Position numbers and translations under genes: made by a program. Under the pieces are notes generated by a model. It ran no database searches and was not told where the DNA came from. It worked only from the letters and a program-made list of their open reading frames with translations. From the human T2T-CHM13v2.0 reference genome, Homo sapiens: 64,000 nt of DNA. Where the stretch lies: NCBI RefSeq assembly GCF_009914755.1, contig NC_060927.1; one strand, 5' to 3'. Positions 16,809 to 31,680 of this stretch are shown here, piece by piece. Position 1 is the first letter of the stretch; each line of letters starts with the position of its first letter.

Positions 16809-19044
16809 TCAGCCATTATTTCTTTAAATAGACTTTATGCATTTTGTTAGTCTCTTGTCTTTATGAAACATTTATTGTATATACATATTATCTCTCCTTT
16901 TAGGGTCCCATAAGTCCCATAGGCTTTCTTCATTCTTCTTTTCCCATTTGACTGGATCATTTTATATTACTTTTGTTTGAGTTTACTAATTCTGCTTTAT
17001 TGAGTCTGCCATTGAAGCTGTCTATCAAATTTTCAGTTCAGCCATTGTATCCTTCAGCTCTATAATTAAGTTCTCTCTTTTTAAAAATTGTTTCTATTTC
17101 TTTGTGGAAATTTTAATTTTGCATTGTTTTCCTCATTTCATTTAGTTGCTTCTCTATATCCTCTTGTAGTTATCTAAGCTTCTATAAGAATTATTTTGAA
17201 TTCTTTTTTAGACAATTCAAATATCTTTATTTCTTTTGAGTCACTTACTGGTGTTGTATTAATTTCCTTCAGTGGTGTCATAATTATTGATTCTTCAAGG
17301 TCCTTGTATTCTTACATTGATGTTCGTGTATTTGAGGAAGGGGTCATTTCTTCAGTCTTTCTTTACAGTTTAGTGTTAGCAGACAAAAATCTCCACTAGT
17401 CAGCCCAGGCTGGGATTTTGGGTAAGCCATCTGGTAGCACCAAGGGTAGGAAGGGTTGCTGGTGAGACTACTGGCTAGTGTCTATGATCCGTGAAGGCTA
17501 CCAGCTAGACTCTGAAATTGGGTGGAACTGCTTGCAAGATTTCACAGTTGCAGAGAGCGGAGCTAGTGGCTGGGCTCCATGATCAGAGAGAACCTCTGAC
17601 TGGGCTCTAGCTGAGTGAATTCATTAGCTGTGCTTTGGCTTGGGCAGGGCTCATGACTTGGGTTCAAAGTGGAGTAGTACTGTTGACTGGGCTCTGCCAG
17701 TAATAAAGGATGCTGACTGAGCTCATTGTCCTGTTGAAGCTGCAGGCTGGACTACTAAGTTGGGCTGGGCAAGGCTGCTAGCTATTTTCTGCCATTGGAA
17801 GAGGCTACTGCTCTGGCTGTCTGGTCACATAGAGCTGATGGCTGGGTTTCTTGTTGAGACAGGGCCACAAGTTGCACTCCCTAGTTGGGCAGATGTGTTT
17901 TGGGGGTCATCTCATTCTGTCAAGGCCACCATCAAAGTCCCTGGTAAAGTGAGGCCACAATGTGGGGCAATCATCAAGATAATACACACGGGCCATTGTG
18001 AGCCCCTGCGCCTTTTTCTATTCCCTTTTTCCCCACATGGTCTACTTGTGCCAATTCCCATATGAGGCATGAGAGAAGTGGGCCTCTCAGGCAGTGCCCA
18101 CAAATGCTATGAAAGTTGGATGTGTGACTCACTGTCTCTTTTCCACCAGGTAAATTGTGGGCCAAGAGGATTTTTCTTGATGTTATGTTGTGCTGGGAGG
18201 AGTACTGCAGACAAAGTGACAAAGTGAAACTGTTTATCTTATCGTTATTAAGGTGGTTTCTTTTGTTTTTTATGCTCTACTGGAATGCTGAAATCTCTCC
18301 TCTAGGTTCTGGGATTCTCACGAAAGCATTCTCATGGGTGAACTGGGGACTTCCTATTCTGCCATCTGGCTGACATCACTTTTCTACTTCTGGAGCTTCT
18401 GTTAATTTATTGACAACACCCATCAGCAATTCTGCAAATAAAGGGAGATAATCAGAAAAAAAGACAGGACAAATTCCGTAGAATCACATTTGTTGTTTAT
18501 GAGATATGGTGTTTAGGCATTGATTATAAGGGTCTGAGGATCTATGGCCAACTCTCTGCAAATAACTACAAGATTAGCATGTGAAAGAGAGAAAACAAAA
18601 ATTATGCATGATTACTATTGTTTGAAATAATCTCAGATGTAAATTTACAGTCAAAATAAAGTAGCATTTGGAACACAGCAAAAGAATGAATATATAAACT
18701 GCCTTGGAAAATTATGTGGTTTCTCTCAATAGCAATCTTTGAGAAGAGTCTGAATAAACACTCAGAGGAGGATTTGGAGATTAATAAAATAAAATAAGAA
18801 ATGAGTTATTTAGTGTCTTTCAAACTCTCAGATTTTATTATCCAATTAGTTCACTTTAGTCATCAACATATAATTTCTTCTATAACCCAATATTCTACAA
18901 AATGTTTATAGTATATTAACATATAATAGTAATATTTTACAAAACATTAAAATATCTAGGAGCATAAAATATTTAAATTTTGAAATTGCATATCATATAA
19001 GAAAGTCTAGTGTTACTGACTTGTTACATGATCAATAAGTAATA

Positions 19045-19155
19045 TAAACACACTTACAGACACATACACATATCTCATAGACACACAGTATAGACTCACA
19101 AACATACACACATAGCACACAGACACATTGCACACACACTGCATAAACATACACA
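19045..19155. repeat. Degenerate (CA)n-rich low-complexity tract
   Basis: Interrupted ACAC runs. Confidence 0.7.
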
Positions 19156-22054
19156 TTTCTGGGGCAAAATGCTGAACTCAAATGATCTAAATGTTTCCAA
19201 ATATGAAATACAAATAGGGGCAGAATTTTTAAAATTCTGGTTAATGTTTTCTATAATGGCTGCATGACAGTCAAACACGTTTTTTTTTTTTTTTCTAGGA
19301 TCAAATTTTTAATGCAGGACACACAAACGTGAAATATCAATTAAAATATAGAAAAACATGAGATTTCATCTGTACTGCAAGGCTTCTTTTACAGTATAAT
19401 ATAGGCCACAGGAATACTATATTAAAAAGAAATAATATTAATTTTACTATTAAAAATGAACATGAAAGTATATTTCTTATAATATAGAGCTATATAGTAT
19501 TGGATCCTGTTAAATACCAAATGACAATTTAATTATTTATTCTAACAAAAGTATTACAATATGTCTCATAATTATGTAACTCTAAAAATGACTATAATTC
19601 ATAATAGATATGATTGTAATGAAAAATATCTACTCAGATAATTATAAGCTGTCTCTCAATGGATGTATACTATTTACATACATCTATTTTTATCAATCTA
19701 TCTAGAGAGAGATACACTACACACAACAAATACAATATTTAGAAATATATGCATACATTTTTATACAAATATACAAATGACTAACTGTGATAAATCATAG
19801 TTTTTTCTAGTTATAGACACATGAGTACATGTGCACGTGTGCATAAATATAAATAGATATGTGAAATATACAATACATAAATATGCATAATTTATGCATA
19901 CATACATGAATACAAATAGATATATGAACAAATACATTAAACATATATAACTAAGTATTTATTCATATGTATTCATTTGTTTCCATTATTTAAATACTTA
20001 TCCACCTAAATGTATTTGTAAGTGTATAACTCAAATATTCTGGATAACCCAGATTGATACTTTGCATTAAATTGATACAAGATAGAATCTAGTAAATGTT
20101 TATTTATTCAGATATAGTCTGATAAATATATATTTAACACTTTTAATGTTACATATAATATATATTTCATACTTCTGAATTAAGATTAAATAAATTGCAT
20201 AAAAGGCAGATTACTTTTCTTGGGCAAATATACACTTACTATGTTCAAAGGAAATAAAAAATCCAAAACCTAACTCATTTGGAATTTATTACATATAAAA
20301 TAAATTTTAAAAATAAAAATGAAAAAATCAAGGAATTGAGATAAATTAGAATGTCACACATAAACTGATTTTATTAAATTATATTTCTTACAATTAAGAG
20401 TAACCATTTCTCAGCAAATTAATAACTCCTATTGAGTTTTCACTGTTGTTAAATTTGCAGATGATTATTAGGTAGGGAGGTAGGTATATAAACAGCTAAT
20501 TTATGAAACTCTTCACATAAACCTTACAAATACTGTTGTTAAAGATGACTTTGAAATAAAAACCACTGTACATATCTATGTATAGAAAATGTTAACTCTC
20601 CCTTAATTTGTTACTTTTGCATTCTATTTTTGCAAAGAAGTCTCTTTCTTTGGAAAACTTTTAGTTGTAAAAATTTTCCTGAATAGTGATGTTTTCAATA
20701 AATCAAAACTCTTTGGCACTGAAACACATAAAAATACATCTTTTCACAGATTTCACTCTTCTGTTAAATAGATGGAAACTCAAATTTTAACCCATACATA
20801 TGATCTTTTCCAGTTAAATTTTTCTTTCTTCAGTGAGATTAATAAAAAGCAATTTAAACATATTGAAACATCTGGGGCTTTATTAATTTTCTACATTGAA
20901 TTACATTAAAATGAATATTTTTTCTTGCCTAAATGATTTCAGTCTCTGTTGATATTAGTGCTATAAGACATTGAGTTTTCAATATAATTTTCTGATATTT
21001 AATAATTGTTGATTTATAGAAAATCTATCTTATAAATCTTTGCCAGTTGGTAGTTTGTCCGGTGGAGAATTTACAACCACAGGTTTGTCTCTAAAGACTG
21101 GCAAGCTGTAATTTGTATGGTTATAACTTGATTAATAATATTCAAACAATGGTAGATCTGGTCTAATGACCACCAGCCTAGGGTTTTGTGACCACCTTTC
21201 CCCTCATTGTCACAGTAATGTTCTCCACCTCTGCCTCTTTTTTCATTCTTAAACGCAGTGGCTTCAAATATGCCTGTCTCTTTCAGGTATTAAGTCATGT
21301 GCTAATATTATTTACATATCTACTATGTGAGTCTCTAAGTCTCTCTCTATTTTGCCACATTCTTAACAAAATCTATGCTTACAACACCTCTTATCCCACA
21401 CCTGGTTCTCAGTTTTTGCTTTGATTTTCCTTTTTGCATTGCCTGTCACTTTGAACTTGATTCTTAGTACTAGATTACTGTCTTTGTTCTGCACTTTTCT
21501 GACCCCCCATTCCCTTGAATAGATATCTCTCAATCTATCCAAGTCCTTCGGAATGGCAGTCGTAGAAAATGACCACAGATGATGCTCTTGGCCAACATAC
21601 ACCAATATCTCAAATAAGATGCTAACCTTATTTTCGCTGCTCACCTGCTACTTCTTGTTCAATTTAGTTCTAATTTCTTCTTTTATCCAGCTGGTAGCCC
21701 CTACTGTATTTTCACTTCTCAAAACAGCATACACTAAATTATATCTGACATTTTGCTCATTCTCTTCTCCCCCAACCTTTCAAGATTATTCTAGTCTTGA
21801 AGGTGCAGCTCAAATTATAACTCTTCCATAAATCTTCCCAATGACTAGCTTAGAATTAATGTTTCCATTTCTTTACTTACATAAGTCTGTTCCTTGTACA
21901 TCTATCACAATTTACTCTCTAATATACTCCTGTATATGTGTCTCTTTCACTGGATTATAAGCCAAAAAATATTTAATTGCTGGTGTCATCAATAAATTAT
22001 ATATATTAGTGCTTTCCATACAGAAGGGCTCAGTGAATTTAAGGTATATATTTA

Positions 22055-22385
22055 CAGTCATGCACCACACAGCAATGTTTCAGACAATGACAGACCACAT
22101 ATGGGACCATGGTCCTATAAGATTATAATACCATATTTTTATTGTATCATTTCTATGTTTAGATATACAAATACAGTTGTGTTATATTGTCTGCAATATT
22201 TAGTACTAACATACTGAACATACTGAACAGATTTGTAGCCTAGGAGCAATATGCTATACCATATAGCCTAGGTCTTTAGTAGGCCACACTTTCTAAGTTT
22301 ATACACTCTATGATGTTCACAAAACACAATCACCTAATTATTCATTTCTCAGAGTATAACCCCATAATTAAGCAATACATGACTA
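22055..22385 (-). mobile_element. Tigger3a DNA transposon, second copy, opposite orientation
   Basis: TA-CAGTCATGCACCAC ... GCAATACATGACTA-TA; internal TTTGTAGCCTAGGAGCAATATGCTATACC. Confidence 0.85.
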
Positions 22386-22627
22386 TACTGTATTTGAAGA
22401 AAGACCTCAGATGCAGAGGGTTAAGTTAATCATAATCTTCAGTTGCTCATTGTATATTATGTTCATTGATGCATTCGGGGGCCTCCTTCAGTTAAACATA
22501 TTGATTCATTCATTTTCTCTTATGACCACCATCTATCTACACTTATCTAACATGTAGGAAACCATTTTAATGTGTTTAATCCATATCTTTTCATGTAAAT
22601 ATATTCTTACACATTGTGTTGTCTAAG

Positions 22628-22735
22628 TAAGTGTATATAGTATGTATGTACATATGTGTATGAATATGTGTATGTGTGTATATGCATTACAATATACATG
22701 CATATATCTGTCTATATATATTAGAGAGAGAGAGA
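22628..22735. repeat. (TG/TA)n and (AG)n simple repeat
   Basis: Visible dinucleotide runs. Confidence 0.75.
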
Positions 22736-22739
22736 AAGT

Positions 22740-23860
22740 ATAGTGTTTTCATTATCCATATCAACCACATTAGAGTGCATTGTTTCTTTCCACCGTCCCA
22801 GTAATGGGTATTCATGTTGCCTCCAACTTTGCACTTTCTGCACCACTCTAAACAAAGCTATCACAAACATCTTTATACATGTCCATTTCGGGAAATATGT
22901 AAACATTCCCTAGGACATTCAGCCAGAACTAGAATATCTGAGTCATCTGTATATGGGATATTGCTTTCCAAATAACTAGTATAGTCATTTGGAATCTCAT
23001 TCCAATCAGATAGACAGAAGGATTACTATGCCCTTACATTACTGTTAACACTTAGAATTTTCTAGAGTTTCATTTTTTTTCAGTTTAATATGTGTAATTA
23101 TTCCTTCTTATTTTAAATTTTGTTTCTTTTTTTTTCTGTCCACCAATTGTTTTAGTTTCCTAGGGCTATTAAAACAAACAATTGCAAACTGGGTAGCTTA
23201 AAACAGTATAAATTTATTTCTTCATTGTTCTTTAGTCCAAAAGTACAAAACTGAGATGTCAATAGGGCCACACTTTCTCTGAACTCATGACTAAAGCAAC
23301 CTTCCTTGGTTCTTCCAGCTTCTGGTGGCTCAAGCATTCCTTGGTTTGTGGCTACATAACTCTAATCTCTGCCTCCCTCATATGGCTTTTTCCTCTTTGT
23401 TCATGTATCTTCGCCTCTTTTATAAAAATGCTTGTCCTTGGATTTAGAGGTCACCCAGCTATCCAAGATAATCTTATCTCAAGATCCTGAATTTATTTAT
23501 ATCTGCAAAACCGTTATAATAAGGTCACATTAATAGATTCCAGGGGTTAGGATATAGATATAGCTTTTGAAGGCCCACCAGTCATTCCACTACAGCAGTG
23601 ACTTTCAGTCATCGTGTCATATTCTTGTCAGTGTTTTTAGTTTTTAGATTTAAAAATTCCCTGTTTGTATCTTTTGTTATTTTTTCTTTTGAGTGGCTGT
23701 TTTTTTCTTCTGAGTTTTTAATAGTTTCTTAACATTCTAGAAACTAATTTATTTTTGTTTCAGCTTGTGAAAATATCTCCTCACATTCATTCAATTGTTT
23801 ATCAATGTAGTCAATAACATTCTTCAGCTAAAAATGCTTAATTTTAATGTAACAGACTTT
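22740..23860 (-). mobile_element. Ancient L1ME-type fragment interrupted by an MLT1 LTR
   Basis: TAATGGGTATT..TGTTGCCTCCAACTTT, AAACAAAGCTAT.ACAAACATCTTT; weak similarity. Confidence 0.5.
23148..23594 (-). mobile_element. MLT1 (MLT1B/C/D-like) MaLR solo LTR
   Basis: TGTTTTAGTTTCCTAGGGCT...AAACTGGGTAGCTTAAAACAG...AATAAGGTCACATT...CATTCCACTACA. Confidence 0.85.
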
Positions 23861-25849
23861 TTAAGGATAAAAAAGTCCTTGATTAATACCCAGCTTTCCA
23901 GTGCTCTGGATCCTGCTAAAATATTATATTGAATGGCAAAACAAAAATCTACTCATAGTGAATTTTATATTCTGTTTCCAATGAAGCAGCAAGACAGTTT
24001 TGGAGGATCTTCCAAAATCTCCCTTAGTATCACACCACGATGGCAACAGTTTATGAGATAATTCCACTTCTAATACATGCACCCACACTATAAATACAGT
24101 GAGAAGAAACTTTGTTGTTTTAGTGATAAGTTACCACCAATTACCTCTTTAATACAGATTATGATGCTGGATGATAAATATTAGATAATGGCATTTTCCA
24201 TTTCTGCTTAGAGATATAAATAGAAAAGTGTAGATATTTACTTGTTATTCCAGTGATTCACACACAACATTATTTAATGCTACATTATTCTTATAAACAA
24301 TATTTGTATAAAACTAAAATATGATGTTGGATAATTTGAAGGTTTAACATTAATTATTTGATTTAGGGACAATGTGAACCAATTCTTAGAAAATGTGAAT
24401 TACTTTTCTCAATCAAAGAGAAAATAGAATATTTTGAAATCTGAAAAACATGTAAAATAAGTTTTTACTAAGAACACTTTTTATTCTTAAAGTTTTACTA
24501 ATTTAATTTAAATATTGTCTAAACTACCACTTCGAAATTGTACTACTTTAAAACCATTAGATTTACGTTATCTGTTAGTAAAATATTCACAGTGAGTCAT
24601 CAAATAGATTCCACTATAAATTTTAAAAGGCTATTTCCTAGATGTTAATATTGCACTCAGCAGAGCATAAGTCTCAGCGATAATGAACTTACAATGTAAT
24701 GCGTGAAGTGGACACTAAAAAGTAATTTAAGTGGTTAGGAGTGATTTAAAAGTCATTTTCGTATATTAGTTTGTAAGATGGAAATACTTTATATTTGGGG
24801 GATTTTTATAATTTTATGTCATGAATGTTCATTCTCTTAATGTGGAATGCTGACAATGGTCATGTTTGATCAATGGCCTTTAACATATTTTTATTGAAAA
24901 TAAAATAGTCATTACTAATAATAGCTTTATTGCCATTAACACATATCATGTTATAATACAATTGACGTACTTACATTAGAATGATATACTATTTTTTCCT
25001 TTTAAGGAATTTAGAGTGCCTTGTCTTTTAGAAAGGTCATTTTCTTTTGAAACATATTGCACTGTATAAGAAGATTCTGAATTAAAGGTCTGTTTAAGTT
25101 TAATATAGTAGAAAAAAATAAAAACAAAGAAAAGAAGTTTGCTTGAAATATATAATTATAAAACTTTCTGTTTATATTGATTTGTTACTCTAAATCAGAT
25201 AGGCCTAGCACTTGTACCACCACTTATAAAGATGTTTATCTTTTGATCTGGAATCCAGTTGGGAATATTTTTATGTAATTAAATTTTGGTTCTACTTGGA
25301 GTTGTAATTATTCATTTTGGAACTGAAATACTTAAAGGCATTTTCAGTTCTCTTTTCTGATCTGCTGACCAAAAGCCCAGGAGTCAAATGTTCACACATT
25401 TGTTCTGTTTGTTCTGTTGTTCAATTGGAAAACAATATTTAACTATTTCTATCCATATTGTGGCCTCCATTGTCTATTTCCAGATATATATAACTCCATT
25501 TACTATTTAAGTTAACATTGAGGCAACCAAACTCAAAAATATACACATCACATGCTGAGACATTATGTCCTCTAAATTGTACAAATATGTGACAAGGAGA
25601 AATCCTGGAAAAGTTTTGAGGAGCCTTCTCTGAGAACTGAGTTTTACCATAGCCTTCAAATTGTACCTTTGTTAGAATATACATTTATAATCTCTTTTGA
25701 GGGCACTATGCTAAATTATGGTTTTGTCTACATCAAAGTGAAGTAAGGTCCTCAACCTCTTCCCCATTCAAAGGTAAGCCCTCAGGTACTCTATAATAAA
25801 TTTCTCCCTGCCATGAATTACCCCAACTCCATTACAACATACTCTTTTA

Positions 25850-26150
25850 CCATTATCTTTAGCAAACTAATGCAGGAGCAGGAAACCAAATACTGTATGT
25901 TGTCACCTATAAGTGGGAGTTAAATGATAAGAATACAGAGATATAAAGAAGGAACAACAGATACTGGGGCCTACCTGAGGGTGGAGGATGCGAGGTGGGA
26001 GAGGAGCAAGAAAAATAAGTGTTGGGTACTACGCTTAGTACCTGGGTAATGAAACAACCTGAACAACAAACCCCCATGACATGAGTTTACCTATATAACA
26101 AATCTGCACGTGTACCCCAAACCAGAAATAAAAGTTTAAAATAAAACAAA
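25850..26150 (+). mobile_element. L1PA15/16-like 3' terminal fragment
   Basis: CATTATCTTTAGCAAACTAATGCAGG...ACTGGGGCCTACCTGAGGGTGGAGG...CCCCATGACATGAGTTTACCTATATAACAAA...AATAAAAGTT. Confidence 0.88.
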
Positions 26151-27493
26151 AACACATTTCTTTAGACACTAGCAACTCAAGAATTTTTTCCCCAAACACT
26201 GTCTTCTACTCTTTAATGCAAGCTTGGATGGGTTTTCTTTGTTTTTTATTCAAAAGTTTCATTGAAGTTTTGTACTTATTTAGCCAATCATTTAATTTGA
26301 TAAAGTCAAATATAAGAAAATCTGTTATTCATAGTGTTGACGATCACCATAATGGAATAAACAATAATTCAATTCTAGGTATTCTGTGTAAATTTGAACG
26401 TTCTGAAAAAAAAAACATTAAATCCATAAGAAGATAGATAATGCTATAACTTGAAGTATAAATAATATTTTTATTAAAACATATGTAAAAACTTAATATT
26501 GGAGGGTGATTTAAGAAAGCAGGAAGACTTTGTAAATCATCATATCCTAGGACTTTTCTAAGACCCATGAATTGGAGCTATTCCCAAAATATTAACTACA
26601 TGTTCCAAGCAGGATAGGTATAGAAATGAAAAGTTTCATAGCATTTTCACATATTAATTTTATGTCTATTGAATCTAAGAATTTTTTTAAAGATTGGGTT
26701 CATAAAGGTTTTTTTACAGTGTTAGCTAAAAAATTATTTTGTAATGTCTCAGGAAACAATGTAAATAATTAGATCTATCAAATAAAGATATTCCTCCTCA
26801 ATTTGTTTGTAGAAGTATTTCATTAACTTGTAAAAGGGTAATACAATAGTGTTGATCTACAAATACTAAAATAATAGCAAACAATTAAATGAAGTATACC
26901 TTAGAAAGTATGAGAAGTCAAGTGAAATTAGTTATCTGTAAAATTTTGCATTTTTGACTTATGTTCAGAGCTATTAAATCCAAATCCTTTATGTGAATAT
27001 GCCATTTCGATAAAGAACACTTACTTTTCCTTGTGTTGCCAATACTAATTACTAGTATATATTTTGGAAAACTAACCTCAGATCTGAAGTATGCAAGAAC
27101 TACATGGTGAACATTTTACTTAGAACATCTAAAGAAGAAAATACTTTGAATATATTATTATTTTTATCAAGACAGTAGCATAAGTTAAATGTAAATTCAA
27201 TTGAGGCTGCATCAACAATAAATAACATTACGAAGTAGCTAATGAAAAATTTCACAGTCATGTCTGTTTTTCCAAAATCTATGTTATAACATTAATAAAA
27301 CCTCACAACATAATGATTTTATTCAAGCATATTTATCCAGCAGCACTTTCTGAGGTAAATAATAAGTGGAATATTTTTTGAAACATTAATATTACTTAGA
27401 GAAATGCTTTTGTTTCTAACCTCAATGTCAGAAAAGTCATCACTTCAGAAAAATAAAATATCCAGCCTACTACAATATTACATTTAACATTTA

Positions 27494-27700
27494 TATGTGT
27501 GGGTTACACATTGATGGATTTAACCAACTGCAGTTCAAAAATACTTAAATAAGATATAACAACACAAAAATTAGAAATACAAATAAAAACTAATATAGTA
27601 TAACAACTATTTATGTAGGATTTACATTATGTTAGGTATTATAAGTAATCTAGTGATTTAAAATGTACAGGAGGATGTACATAGGTGATATTATGCATGT
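27494..27700 (+). mobile_element. MER2 (Tigger-type MITE) fragment
   Basis: TGGATTTAACCAACTGCAG, TATAACAACTATTTA..TAGGTATTATAAGTAATCTAG..GGAGGATGT.CATAGG. Confidence 0.8.
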
Positions 27701-28139
27701 ACACACATATATAATATTTCGTCATATTTAAGTAGGCAATATTTATCAATTTTAAAAATTAATAAAATTATGAAAATATATGGTCAAATGCCTAAAACTG
27801 AATCATTACATTACCAACTAGTGATAGTTGCATCTATGCCAAAATATTTATGTACTCAGAGTCCTAAATTTTAACTTATTTTCAAAGTCCTGAATTCTTT
27901 CTAAGTTTACAAAGTTCCTGGAAAAAAAATCATATTGATAAGAGAAATAGAGACACATACACACAAAGAGGAGGAGAGAGAGTAGAAAGAGAAAGAAAAA
28001 GAACGAATACTTCATAGTTACTTTTGACTTCTTACTTCTCTACTATATCATTTTAAATAGTTAACTCTACTACACTGTATAATTTGGTGACTGTAAAATA
28101 TGGTGATTTGCAAGAAAAGAGCCACAGACAAAGCAGTCA

Positions 28140-28740
28140 TCAAAGGTATGCACTTTAAGTACAAGAGAGGCACTTTAAACATAAAAATATAGATTGAAAA
28201 TACAACTGTGGAAAAAGATATAGTAGACAAACAATAATCCACAGAGGCTGGAGTGGTTATATTAACATCAGAAAAATAAACTTCAGGACAGAGATTATCA
28301 GAGACAAGTAGAATATTTTATAATTATAAAAGTACCAATTTTTTAGGAAAGCTAACAATTATATATATGTATGTACCTAATTATAAATAATGCTTGGATA
28401 AAATCATTATAGATATATGAAATACAATTTAACAAAATAAAAGAAGAAAAGGCAAATTCACAATCATACAAACAATATTATTAACCACCTTGATCTAATT
28501 GACATTTATAGAACAGAACATCCAACAGTTATAGAATCCACACTTTTCAAGTGCACACATTGTTCATTCGCCAAGTTTGTCTTTACATGTTGCCATAAAG
28601 GAAATGTCAAAAGTCTGACACATCCTCTTACCAACAAAGAATTAAATTAGAAAACAAAAACTGCAGGATGTTTACAAAAATCTCATATATTTGGAAATTA
28701 AACAATCTACTCATAAGTAAGCCAAGAAAAAATTAGAAGA
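28140..28740 (+). mobile_element. Ancient L1M ORF2 endonuclease-region fragment
   Basis: GCTGGAGTGGTTATATTAACATCAGA, CTTGATCTAATTGACATTTATAGAACA, TTCAAGTGCACA, TTGGAAATTAAACAA. Confidence 0.75.
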
Positions 28741-29084
28741 AAGGAAGAAAAAGAGAAAGAAAAAAAGAAAGGCAGGAGGGCAGGCAGTAAGGAAGGAAAC
28801 TAGACCATATTTAGAAAAAATAATTAAAATATATCATGTGCATAAAGGAATGCAAATCTCATACTTCTGGGAAGACAGGATTTATCATGCATATCCCATA
28901 CTACTATCACCTTATTTTAACTTTAGGGGACTCAAATGACCATTCTTTTTTTTTTTAATGGATGAAAATAGAAAAATTATGTGAAAAAAATAACTTGATG
29001 TCCTTGTCCTTTCTAGTAAAGGTTGGGAACATGTTAATACAATTTAAATAAGACCCACTTGTCATGATGTACAGAATCCAGCTT

Positions 29085-29385
29085 CAGTCAGAGTTATCTT
29101 TATCAGTAATGAACAATCAAAGTCTCAATGGCTTGCAACAACAATTTCACTCTTGTGTTGCATGCTGCAGGTTGGCTACTCCACAGGTTTTCTCATTGTG
29201 GGGTCCACGATCAAGGAGATGCTTCTTTTGGGAATGCTACTCTTGTGGCAGAAGGAAAATAGCAGAATCTGCCAAAAATTATGCAATGCCATTTAAAACA
29301 TCTGTCTGGAGTTGGCTCACAGTCACTTTTGCTCACACCCCCTAGCCCAAACCCTTCCTTCCAACACAGAGGGGAATCTCCAGTT
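29085..29385 (-). mobile_element. Old MLT1-type LTR fragment
   Basis: TCTCAATGGCTTGCAACAACAATTT...GTCACTTTTGCTCACA; highly diverged. Confidence 0.5.
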
Positions 29386-29541
29386 TCATCCCAGAAGAAA
29401 AAGCATTTTAAAATATTGAAGTTAGGAAGATAATTTGAATGTTCATTGTATCTGACAAATATATTCTTTTAATATGGGGTCATTCATTAAAGTCCTTCAC
29501 ATTTCAAAGCTCTGTGTGACAGGTTCAATAAATTCATAGTA

Positions 29542-29975
<434 letters not shown>

Positions 29976-31680
29976 CTATGATAATGAATGAGCTAGAAAT
30001 AAATACTACAATTATCAAAACTCAAAAGCAAGCTTTATAATATGTTGGTGCCACAACAATTCACTTTTGATATATTATTTTGGTTTAGGAAAAAACAACT
30101 TTGTAAACAAATGTCTGTGTATTATGGAATTGACATTCAAACTAAACCATTGCCAGATACTCAGGGCCCTTTTCCTGTCTTCCAGATTGTAATCAATCTT
30201 AAATCCCAACTTCCCTGTGGATACAGTATTCTTCTCTTTAGCTTAAATTCTATTTATCTTGATCTTTTTCTTTCTTCTTCTGAAACTAAAGATAAAATAA
30301 ATGCTGGATTTTTTTTAACAAATCAAATCAAGCACACCAGCAAATAGAAACAGAACTTCCACTTGATACCTAATATAGGAGTTACCATGATTCTAGTCTA
30401 ATTTTGGACAACTTCAAGAACTTTCCATTTCTTTACCTGAAAGTAATTCTAGCTGTTGCCTAAAACTCATTACAAGTTCTACAAATTTTAGTTGTTTGTT
30501 TTGATTAATCAGTTTCTCTGTGCCAATTACTGTGCTAGACACAAGAAATTAAAAACTGATTAACTCTGTTCCCTCAAGGGATTACTCTCTATCAGAAATG
30601 AATGAACACACAAAAATAATTCTAATACAATACATGTGATATAAAATCACATAAGAGTAAAGGGTCAGAATACAGAAAGTATATTAAATTTATGGATCAT
30701 TTCATGGTTGTGTGCCATTATTATCCAAAAAAGCAAACTTACTGTGAGACAAGATGCAAGCTCTTTATTGTTGTCTAGTTACAGTTAATTAAAAACATAA
30801 AACCATCAAGTTTCAATGTTATGAGAGATCTTAAGACATTTTCCACTTTAACTTGTTTTTAAGAAACATGAGGTCAAGATTTTACTGTGCTTGCATATTT
30901 TTATGTTTTTTCTTTAATCAATGTTTTAAAGTTGTTTTTTTGTTTTTTCCATTTTCTTTACTTCCTATTGTGATATAGGAACTATAGTGTAGATCATATT
31001 TGTGCTAAATTTACACTTTTGCATTTTCTTATTCTTTTCTCTGTTTACTCAAATGTGCTAAAGTAGAATAACATCTTTAGGAACATTAACCTTTTAGTGT
31101 GCAAAGAAGCCATAATCAGAAAGGTGGGCTTTTTTTAAATCTTTAAAAACAACCTAAAAGCATTAATCTTATATTTTACCTTCTTAAGGACTTATTGTTT
31201 ATTTAACAACTGAGCTGCCAATAGTCTTCCTTAAAAGTAAGTTTGGTACTTCATTAATTTTTAATGGCCCAAAATGTTTCTTTAATTGGTGATGGTTTCC
31301 TCTGGTAAGCACCAAATCTAACTTATGCAACGGCATTCTATCAGTGCTATTTAAACATGTTGGAGTAAATGAGGAAGAGTGAATTGAATAATTAACTGAC
31401 TGTTTAGCTCCTGGAAGCTAACACAAATAGCATAAAGAGCTACATTATCTTTTCTTGAAGAAAATAAATAAAAAGAGGAAAAATAAAATAAAAATTTTGG
31501 CAGTAATAGAAAATGACAGCATAATATTTTGTGACAAGAAAAGTAAGTGGCAGATTAAAAAGATTAACGCCTCCCAAAATGATTATGATACATATTTTTC
31601 AATGTCTCATAAACTTGGAAACATTTCATTTGTATACATGGTATGCACTATACTTATGCTTAATAATGTTTTTAATAATA

